DNA of 64,000 bases from Dimorphilus gyrociliatus (taxonomy: Eukaryota; Animalia; Annelida). The position numbers and the translations under genes are program-made. The stretch spans positions 434,001 to 498,000 of the forward strand of contig CAJFCJ010000019.1 in the NCBI GenBank assembly GCA_904063045.1. The letters run 5' to 3'. Positions 30,536-42,498 of this stretch are shown here, piece by piece. The first letter of the stretch is position 1, and each line of letters starts with the position of its first letter. The notes beneath the pieces were generated by a model, which saw only the letters and a program-made list of their open reading frames with translations, had not been told where the DNA came from and did not search any database.

Positions 30536-32138
30536 AGCTTTGACTGACCGCCTATTCGTCCACCACGTGATCGGTTAGCAACTTTTCCAGTAGCCAATCA
30601 AATTTAATAATAGACGTCACCTATACGTGTCTGCGTACTGCCGCTTCCGATACCAATTTCGTACGTTCCGTATATTCCATTTGCAAATAATTCATTAAGT
30701 AATCATTCGTTTTACAAACGCTGTGTGTCCTTAAAAAAACTTTGTTTAGCACTTTTCTTGAGCTTCTATCTTTATCGCAAATTCTCCAACTTTAACGCCT
30801 TGCCAATGTTAACATTTTTCGAAAAATAAATGGAAAGAAACAGGAAAGAAGAAGAAGAAGAAGATAAAGAAAAGAAACAGAAGAAGAGAGAGTATTATTT
30901 TTATTTTTAAAGAACCAAACAATTCATATCTCGTCTTTTATATCTATTTTGTCAACTTGATATTTGTAACAAATAATTAAAGTTTACATTAATATTTAAA
31001 TATCTTTAAACTAATAGTATGACTTTCTATAAATGTAACTTAATCTATTTATTCTGAATAATTTACATATTTATCATAGCTATAAAGGCTATTCAAAATT
31101 AAATGATCAATCTATTATTTACCGTTATTCTTTTATTTATCGATTATAGGTATTTTCAATCCTGATATTCTCTGAAAATATTAAGAGACAACTCCTATTA
31201 ATCCTCTCTCTCTTATCCAATCCTCCCTTCCCCCAATGGAAACATACGGAAAATTAATCTTAAAAAATGACATCTTTTAGTTTTTAATAAGATTATATTG
31301 AGATTTCTATCATGTCCCCGCATCATCTTTCGCGTTAAGATATCATTAGAACACGGCTCATGTTTACGTATATTTTTGTATTCAACAAAGGCTCATTTTA
31401 AATTTACTATTGTAGTTCTTTAAAACAGTTTATTGACATGTTTATCATCAGAGTAACTCAACCTACCCTATTGACTACATGTATATTATATACAGTATAT
31501 ACTTATATTTATATAAATGATGATAAAAAACGTACCATCACCAAAACTTATTAAGAATTAACAATCTATTTTAAAACTGAATTATCAGTTTTGCTATTAA
31601 TAATATTTATAAATTGAGTATAAAAAAAATTCAATTTTTATCATTTCATTCATAAAATCTCATTTAATTTTAATACAATAAAAAATCAAATTTATTAAAC
31701 GAATCACCGTTAATTCTAGAGATAAAAATGAAGAATTTACCATTATTATTTATTATTATCATTACTATATGAAAACAAGTAAAATCATTTGTTTTGTAGT
31801 AAGAATATCTTTGTGCTTCTCATAAAATAATTATTATTATCTATCTATCTTTTAATTTTATTCTCATTTTCATCATTTTACATCTTTTGATAATTTGAGA
31901 AGGTTTATTATTTTGTACAAGAAAACACAATTATTATTAATTAAATCTATTTTATACTATATAAATAAGTCAATTGTTGAATACTTTAATTTTATTAAGT
32001 TCCAGTTATTTACTCTTTTCTTTTTATAAAGAAACAACAAAAACTATAAATATACAGACCATTAGCTGATTTCTCGAGAGGAGTGAGAAAGAGATTGTAA
32101 GATAGGTAGAGAGATGAAAGAGAGATTGAGTGAAAGAA

Positions 32139-32290
32139 AGAGAGAGAGAGCGAGATATATATATATATATATATCTACAGTATGTACACAGACAAGTAAA
32201 AAGGGAAAGAGGCAGAAAATAGGAGCACAAAACATATATATATATGTCGTTTGCTATTTATACTGTATATACAATATATATATATATATA
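32139..32290. repeat. Compound (GA)n/(TA)n microsatellite cluster
   Basis: AGAGAGAGAG followed by (AT)10 at 32155-32174, with further TA runs at ~32234-32245 and ~32275-32290. Confidence 0.85.
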
Positions 32291-34355
32291 CACGAATTAT
32301 GTTTATTGAATATATACTGTATATCCGAATTATTGAGTTATAGAACCAATCATGTCAACTTGGTTTGTTACAGAGAGCAAATAAGATTAATTAAAATATA
32401 CATTAAGAGAAAGAAACATTTGTTTTTAGAAAGAAATACATTTAACTCAAACAAAATCGGAAATGAATCAGTAAAGAAAAGATAGAAACCTTATTTAGCA
32501 TAGAATATCCCTGAAATATACGTAAATTCCTATTTATAAGTGCTTTATAAACAGTATCTGTCTTATGTGTAGACTACATACAACTTCTTATTGTACCATG
32601 AGATTTTATAAATATATATAGTATACAGTATATACTGTATATATAGAAGAAGTAGCCAAATTATGGCATAAAATCTATAAGAGGATAGGTTTTTCTAACA
32701 TTCTAATTTAAAACAGCGGTTCTTTCAAGTTCAAAGAGGGTTAGGGAAAATTGATTGCTTTTAATATGAGGAAGCCAGGTGACTAAATGAATACAATGAA
32801 AAGAAAAGGAAATAAATTTATTAAAGAGTAATTTATACGGGGTTTTGCCTTCTTTACTAAAGCCATTGGTGCTATAATTAAAAAATACCCAAACAAATTT
32901 ATTTAATCCAGCAGACATCCTATATCCTTTTTAACATATAAAATTTTATTTTTCATATAATCAACTAACATGATTAGCTGTTGTTTCTTTTCAATATTTT
33001 ACAGTTTTGTATTGTCAAATAGACCACAAACATATATATACAGCATATATACATATATACTTGAATATATATATATATATGTATACTCATATGCTGTATT
33101 TACATTCTGATTAGCACAATATGGATACATATTCAGTTGATTATGGACAAATGAGTGACGTAATACAATTCTATTCAATTACTTGTTCGTAAAACGAGAA
33201 CAAGTCTAAGAATACAAGAATACTACAAAATAATGATACGGTCGTACGAATAATAATAATAAAAAGAAAACTAATAAGAATTATCGGTTGAATTTGCTGA
33301 GCACAATATATACTTTCATAGTTTTTTAACAGACAAGCAAAAAAAAACAACTGTACTATCGACGCCTTAAAAAAAACACAAGAACAAGTAATTTAACCAT
33401 TTTTTCTCTACTATTGCTAAAAAAAATAAATTTACCAACTTACCTAAGTACGGTAAATTCCCTGTTTTTTTAGATTGACAGTTTTTCTCCCTTATGGTTT
33501 TACACAAGGGATATTTACTTATTATTAAAAGTATTACACCTGTTACTATTTATGAATGGCATAGTTTATATAATATTGACATATACAGGTACTCAGACGA
33601 TTCCGATTTAGTATTTTTTTCCAAAGCAACAAAATATATATTCAAGGGTACGAAATTATTTACAGTTACATCACAAATCACTTAAACATAGCAATAGTAA
33701 TATATTTTACCAACAGCAAAGAGGCAGTAAAAGGCAAGTGTTATCAATTGAGTGAACATTTTTTTGAAGTAATATTTTTTTGATGACTTATTTTATGACA
33801 CAAGTTTAGCATTAAATTAAAACAACCTTCAAAGATAATCAATTTTTTTAATATTCATTTTTGACCCTTTTCATAGGATTTCGAGTCTGACAGGTATCAA
33901 GTTCACTTTGCCATCAAGAAAACAACTGCTGCTCATTGTCCAAATGTTTGGACGCAGTTCATACTCTATCACAAATCTAAGTAGGCTATCGATCCTTCAG
34001 CTCGACCCTAGAAAAGCTGTCATAGTTCTTTACATAAGATAAGCACTTTTTAGGGAAGCTTGTTAAAATTTCTTATGACATTAAATTATCTCATTTGAAA
34101 GCCATCACTTTCTAGTCTATTGCCATCTAGTGGCAAAATTGTTTTCCTATTAGCTGGTTTTTTTCATTATTTTTTACTGTTACTTAATTCACTCATATAC
34201 AATACCAACTGCTGTTGTTAATCTTATTACATCAATGTTATATATGTTATAGCAATACAACAGACCTACATTTTTACACTACTACCCTTAATAACAAAAT
34301 AGGAAATTCTCCTTGAATAATGTACATATTGTAACAAAATACCAATGAGTAAAAA

Positions 34356-37300
34356 TTATTTAAAGGCCTCTGGCGGAATTCTGCGTTGTTTCTAAAACAC
34401 ATAAATCAACCAATTAAGATCATATTTATCTTATTATAACAATTAATTTTACGTTTAATTCCTTGAATGCATCCCCGCTCCTTTCAGGCTGCCAGTTATG
34501 CTCACGTAGAAGCTTTTCTGCAAATTCCCTCTTCATGCCACTCCAAGTTGAAAATTGATCTATCATTGAATTCCTCATATCTGGTGTCTGTTCGAGTGGG
34601 ACTGACGGGACAGTTGGTGAAACATGAACAGGACTTGAGGATGGTGTAGGAGCTGATCTTCTTGATAAGCTAGCAATTTGGTCTCTTGTTGGAGAAGCGA
34701 TTGTCAATTGTTCATTCACAACGACAATTCTGCAAATTAATTTGGATTATAAATTCAATATTAACGAAATTTACAAAAAATTTTAAAAAACATACCCTCC
34801 ATTGTGTGGTATAGTAACAAAGGTTCTGCTAAAAAATCTGGCATATTTAGCGTCCCCTCGAGTTTCATCTATAGAAAATTACTGTAAAAATGAATTCATA
34901 TTTATCTATCTAATTACCAACCTCGTTCGGTAAATAAACCGTGGACTGTGAATGTTAAAATTAAAGGCTGAAAAAGTAAGAGATTTTAATAGACATAAAA
35001 ATCAAAACATAAATGAAATAATTACAGAAGAATGGGAAACATCCACTATAAATGACTGAGAATCGTGTTTAGTTGCAGGAAAAGAGTCATTAAGATAGGC
35101 AACAATTGATAGTTTTCCCTTTTTCAGCAGCGACTGTCTTTTACTATCATAAACTTTAAGTAAATTTCTGCTCTCTGATATATATCTTTTGGGTATAGAC
35201 GAATTATGATAACCAGAGTAACTGAAATAAAACAATTTATTAAAATAGACAAATATCCAATAATATCAAAAGAAATTTACTCGTTTTGTTGCAATTTAGC
35301 CAGATTAACGCTCATTGAAAACATAGCACTATCGTGATAGGCGTTAAACAGAAGATGCCTTGCATCACTATCGAATAATTTGTAATACCTGGAGAGAATA
35401 AACTGTTTAGTATTTATCATAAATAAAGTATATTTAACTTACTCTTCAAGAAATCGAACTACTATCACCTTGGTTTCATCGTTTCCAAAGTAACTTTCCT
35501 AAAAATTCAAAACCAATCAAAATATTATAACAAATAATAAATATAATTTCACCTTTATTGGTGGTAGAGAACAGTTGGATTCGATATCGAATTTTATGTT
35601 GGGTGGTAGTTTCTGGTTGTTCTGATTGTTACAATAATATTTAATAATTGGATATTTTTTTCAAAGTTAACAATATATGTTTACCAGCTTTTCCAGGTCT
35701 GGAACGCGTTTCCTTACAAGGCTGAAAGGTGTCAAGTCAACATTTATAGCTTCAACAAATCATGTTCTAAAGCCTCCATCTTGAGCTGCGCTAATTTACA
35801 AAAAATACCGACAAAGAACATAAACACAGGCTGAAGTTTAAACTTCAAGCAAGAACCACAGGCTCAAGTTGCTCAATATTACCAGTCATGTCTACATATA
35901 CTAACAAGATATAAACATATTTCTCCCCATACACGATATGTTGTATAACTTGTTGTAACACAATTTTCCAAAGAGACAAAAGCGGCAGCCAAAAGTGGGC
36001 AAGAACAATTATTGGGATTATATGGATGTTACCTGATTAAACTTGAATTATTTGATGAATTTGAGCATATTGGGTTCCCATCAATACACAGCTCTGTTAT
36101 TTTGAAGCCCTTTAGGCCATCAATATCTTGTTCGTATCGTACCTAAAGAAATTTTAAAGTAAATATAACAAAATTTGATGTTCTATTTTCAAACTTACTC
36201 CGTTATTAGATAGGTCTAAAACTGCTAATTCCGGCGCACTCTCTTTTAAATGTGACCATGTTCTTAGGTTTACTAAACGATTGTTACTCAGGTTCAAAGA
36301 TTTCAGCTGGAATGAATACTATTAATTTTTTTTTACACCTTATAATCTCTTTACCTCTGGAATATTTTCCTTGATTATCTTAAGAATGGCTTCCACATTT
36401 GATGCATCTGACATATTCAAGTATATTTGGTCTTTATTCAGCTCTATTTTAGTTAGGACATTTTGTAATGATTGCAAAAACTGATGGCAATATTTACCTT
36501 CATTTTTATAAAAGTTTGATAAGTCTAAACTTCTAGTTGCAGGTATGTATTTCTCGCTCATAGCCACCTACAAAATGCAAAGATTTATAAGATGATTCCA
36601 AACAGCATTTACTTCAACCAACTTTCAACTTGTCTACAGTGTCGGGATCCATAATTACTTTGTTTTTTCGTCCACCTCCCTGATTTTGATATGATTTTTT
36701 TGAGTAGTTATCTCTATCTCCACCACCTCCACTTCCTCCTCTATGTCCCCTTTGATTCCTTCGGCGATAGTTTGAACCTCCTATCCTATTTTGAATGTTG
36801 TTATCACCAGAATTTCTCCCTTGATAATTTCTTGACCGATTGTACGGGTTACTAATTGACAAAAGAAAAAAGATCAACCAAATTGATCCAATAGAGCTTT
36901 CAATATTTATACTGACTATCGATCAACTGAAGGTCCTTGAGCACCTCCTTCCATACTTTCATCTTCATTTAAAACAACCGAATGGGAGTTATTATAACCT
37001 CTGTTACCTCGACCACCTCTTCTTCCATAATTATTGTTATTGTATGATCCTCGAGATCCTCTTCTTCCCCTCCCTCTACCCCGCGAATTCCTGTCGTATT
37101 CACCGGAGCCTCGGTCATCATGTTCTGAATACATATCCTTATTAGAAAACAATAAAAATGTTTCTCGAAACTCAGCGCATGAACAAGTATCGAAAGATCA
37201 CTATGAATGCATCGATATCTATATAAAATTCATTTTGATCGAGATCGGAATCGAAATCGTTAGAACAACCCGATCTACCAATAGTGAATTGGGCAACCAT
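34356..37300 (-). CDS. NXF1: Nuclear RNA export factor 1 (TAP/NXF1), multi-exon
   Basis: RG/RS-rich N-terminus with EHDD; LRR LKSLNLSNNRL..VLDLSNNG | VRYEQDIDGLKGFKITELCIDGNPIC; NTF2-like exons; TAP-C MIDQFSTWSGMKREFAEKLLREHNWQPERSGDAFKELN | KQRRIPPEAFK* (stop 34358-34356). Start is either ATG 37300 (short exon MVAQFTI) or ATG 37134 (MYSEHDD). Confidence 0.92.
35722..36032 (-). other. NXF1 cassette (retainable) intron between a 110-nt and a 37-nt exon
   Basis: Counted exon sizes: 36142-36033 = 110 nt and 35721-35685 = 37 nt. The intron is 311 nt versus ~55-70 nt for most neighbours, and its first full codon is TAA. Confidence 0.8.
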
Positions 37301-37434
37301 TACCGGAAGTGTTAAAATATGCAATAAAATTCAGGTCTAGAAAAATCTTCGGTGTATTAATTAATATAAAGTTTACAATTAATGACTTTAAAAAATTTTC
37401 CAAAAAATATAATGGTGCCTTTTTATGCAATCTT

Positions 37435-37450
37435 GATGTCACGTGACATC
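37435..37450. promoter_or_regulatory. 16-bp perfect palindrome with E-box core in the NXF1/PSMC1 divergent promoter
   Basis: GATGTCACGTGACATC, containing GTCACGTGAC (USF/MiT-TFE-type E-box). Confidence 0.5.
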
Positions 37451-38469
37451 ACAGTTTTATAAATAAAAAAAAACCATAATAAAACTGTCGTGAACCTCAT
37501 GCTTTCTTTAAAATTAAGCCTAATTTCATAGGTTATATTAATTTTTTGACAAGGAAAAATTGTAAAAAAATATATCTTTTACTTTTTTAAACTTTTCTTC
37601 TACTACAAGAGAGCAATAAACTTGTTCAATAATTGTCAAGTTTGAATTTCAGTCTCCTTTGAAACAAATTAATAGCAAAAATATTATATATATGGCTATA
37701 AAAACTATGAGACATATAAGACTTAAAATTTAATAAGTTAGCTATAAGTTACTAAATTGTACGAGAACATGACTTCTTGTTTTAAGAAGACATGTGGTAA
37801 TTCACTAATTCTACCTTAAATCATAAACAAATTTTTGAGAGTAGGAAGTTGTTATTACTTTCCCTTCTTACTCTTACCTATGAACGTGCCCTGATGCTAA
37901 TTTCTCCGGAAGGAAATCTGACAATTTTCGATAACTTTTAATAACGACATACCTGATAATTCACGACCTCGCTCATTATTTATTGTCACTTTAATATTAC
38001 TCATAATTTTATTATTTTTAAAATCCTAAGATGATATAAAAATGGCGGACGAGTTTTGAAAGCCTATTCTTATAAACCAGTTTTGATTTTTATTATTAAA
38101 CTTAAGAAATGTACTGATAATTGGATTTATTTTTACGCATCAGATCATGCACTATATATATTTATTCTCGACATCTTTCTTATCTTAAGTTTCTTTTTAA
38201 ACTTTTCAATTATTGTCTTATTTAATTAATAGTTTTAGAGTAATTTTAAAGATAGTTTATTTTGCATTTGTAAAAGCAATTTTTTTAGTATTTTTACAAA
38301 ATAATCTCAAAAATTTCAAAAAGTATATAATTGAAAAAATTTGATTGCAATTAGAATTTTTTTATCAAAGGATTTCGCCTGTTTAGCTACTTCTAGTGCA
38401 ACAGAATCCATCTATATTCTAGTTATACCCAATTTTTAGCAGACAACTTTGGCAGTCTAGAAGCCGAAA

Positions 38470-40041
<1,572 letters not shown>

Positions 40042-40148
40042 TAGGGTTTTTCTTGTAATGCACTTTACATAATAAATACTATTCAAAAATATCTATTGCG
40101 TTCCTTTTTTTTACAAATTACACTGGCATGTCTTATACAAAGCAAGAG

Positions 40149-41431
40149 TTATTCGATCACTAGTTGATATTCGTCTAAGCTGTTAATTTCCTCGATTATT
40201 CTATCCTCTTGTTCCTTATATTTTTGAATCTATAAAGATAAAAAATCAGGATGGAAACAAAAAGATAAGTTTTTATAACTCACAACTTTGTTGTTAACTG
40301 GCTTTTTAGGTTTCTTAATTGATGGACTTTTATGCTCATCATCAGACCTAATTTCCATGCTATAAGGATCAGTCTCAGCTTTCGACGTATTTTGGAAAGA
40401 GTCTTCTGTAAACAAATTTTCGGAATCATTCTCAGTTTTCTTTCCTTCAGTCAATACTTGTTTCCTTTTCTTTATTCCAACGTACGAATTTCGTTTTCTT
40501 TTTTTCCTATTCCCTAAATTTTCATCAGCTTGAAGCACATTCGTTACTTGGGAATCGCAGATTTCTTCAAGTAATTCGCCTTGTCTCTAAAAAACATGTA
40601 TAAAAAAACGTTCTATTTCGAATATGGCACTTACCTTTGTGGCTTGAGCAGTAACTTCTTTATTTACTTCTTTTTCAGGAGGAAAGTGAATAGCATCGTG
40701 ACTGAACAAGTTGTCCGAGTTTTGTTCAATATCGCTTGTAGCATTATTTAAAATTGGCATTTCGTTTTGACTATTACTATTTTGATTGTTCGGATTCTTT
40801 TTTCGTTTTCCTGAGAATGATTTTCTTTTTTCGATTGACTGGCTGAAGCGATGGAATTCAGGAGATTTATTTTTCTTCGCTCTCTTTAACGGAGGTGACG
40901 CACTAGCCACTGGACTAACTTTTGGCAAGCTCATTTTTGTTTTATGTCCAACTAAAGATGGAGTTGAAGAAGCTATTCCTTTCTTAGGCTGATGAATCGA
41001 ATCTCCAAGACCACTATCAACCAGTGAATCATCAGAAAATTCATAAACTTCAAATGCTCTCTTCTTAGCTTTTTTCAAAAAGCTATTACTTAGGCGACTT
41101 GATTGCCTAGTCCCTTTCTGTTTGAAGTGTATTCTTCTTACACTCAAATTATGTTAGATAAAATAAGCGAACCTTTTTTTTTGTTACTTTTTCCTTATCA
41201 AGTTGCTTTTCTGACTTCTTTAAACCTTTACTCCCTTTTCTACTATCTCGAGTCATATCTTTTTTGGCTAGGAAAGAAATTCTAATTTATTTTTAAATAT
41301 TGGAATAAATAAACGTTCAATTGGCGCGAACCAGTTTGTTTTGATTCTCGGGTGGGTCGTTTTCGTGTTTCTCCTCTCTTTTTTGAATTTCCACTTGAAT
41401 CTTTTTCTGTATTATGTTTAATTCTTCCCAT
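40149..41431 (-). CDS. Basic, low-complexity ~350-aa nuclear protein; candidate sororin/Dalmatian-like cohesin regulator
   Basis: Five exons join in frame: ATG 41431; introns 41331-41268, 41172-41118, ~40635-40587 and 40283-40230; last exon 40229-40149 = IQKYKEQEDRIIEEINSLDEYQLVIE*. The gene model is well supported; the function call rests only on the C-terminal motif and an internal VYEF motif. Confidence 0.6.
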
Positions 41432-41515
41432 GATCACTCGATTTGTGTCGATTATTCGCAATATAATTAAAAAAACAGTTATTAAGACTGTTGAAAAAAT
41501 GGCGCTCAATCAGTA

Positions 41516-41567
41516 GTCACGTGATTGCTATGGACCACAAACCATACGACTGAAAAAGTCATGTGAC
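41516..41567. promoter_or_regulatory. CLEAR-like E-box and M-box in the bidirectional promoter of ATP6V1D
   Basis: GTCACGTGAT at 41516-41525 and GTCATGTGAC at 41558-41567, within 100 bp of the ATP6V1D ATG. Confidence 0.55.
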
Positions 41568-41614
41568 GGGTTGCCATTTAGATTGCAGAACATACATTGA
41601 TAATTTAAAGAAAC

Positions 41615-42364
41615 ATGTCGGGTAAAGACAGAATTAACATCTTCCCGTCTCGGATGGCTATGACTATAATGAAGGCACGACTCAAAGGTGCCCAAAAAGG
41701 TCATTCGCTGCTGAAAAAGAAAGCAGATGCCTTGACAATAAGATTTCGAATCATCTTAAAGAAAATTATTGAAACGAAGCAATTGATGGGCGATGTGATG
41801 AAAGAAGCCTCGTTTTCACTAGCTGAAGCTAAATTCGCCACCGGAGACTTTAGCCATTTGGTCTTACAAAATGTCAATAAAGCCCAAATTAAAGTTCGTT
41901 CGAAAAAGGATAATGTTGCTGGGGTAACATTACCAATTTTCGAATCCTATACTGATGGATCGGACAGCTATGAGTTGGCTGGTCTATCAAGAGGTGGTCA
42001 GCAAATTGACAAACTGAAAAAGAATTATGCTAAAGCTGTAGAATTGTTGGTTGACCTAGCCTCTTTGCAAACGTCTTTTGTCACTCTTGATGAAGTAATT
42101 AAAATTACTAATCGTCGTGTGAATGCCATTGAACATGTCATCATTCCTAAAATCGAGAGAACACTATCGTATATCACTACAGAATTAGATGAGCGAGAAA
42201 GAGAGGAATTCTTTCGTTTGAAAAAGATTCAAAACAAGAAGAAGAAAGATAAAAAAGTCAAAGAAGAAATGCAGAAGGAATTAGGAATCCAGGAGAGTGG
42301 AGCAGACGGACAACGTAACCTGTTAGAAGACGATCACGACGAAGATTTATTGTTTACTTCATAA
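41615..42364 (+). CDS. ATP6V1D: V-type proton ATPase subunit D (intronless)
   Basis: [83 protein letters not shown]. Confidence 0.98.
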   Translation: MSGKDRINIFPSRMAMTIMKARLKGAQKGHSLLKKKADALTIRFRIILKKIIETKQLMGDVMKEASFSLAEAKFATGDFSHLVLQNVNKAQIKVRSKKDNVAGVTLPIFESYTDGSDSYELAGLSRGGQQIDKLKKNYAKAVELLVDLASLQTSFVTLDEVIKITNRRVNAIEHVIIPKIERTLSYITTELDEREREEFFRLKKIQNKKKKDKKVKEEMQKELGIQESGADGQRNLLEDDHDEDLLFTS

Positions 42365-42498
42365 CACTAAAACAGTAATATTCAGGTGTTCTAGATAGTC
42401 CAAAATGTATTCAATTTTTAGTATACATAGGCATTAATAAACAAAACTTAAATTAAATGAAAGGTTGATTAAACAAATCTACTGCAAATCTGCTACAA

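Noticed and set aside
32024-32485. ORFs of 68 and 123 aa with YIYIYI and ERER runs
   Set aside because: They are translations of (TA)n and (GA)n microsatellites.
33420-34050. Scattered splice-like signals and short open stretches between the LGR and NXF1
   Set aside because: I could not build a phase-consistent model on either strand; they might be UTR exons, but the sequence alone does not support that.
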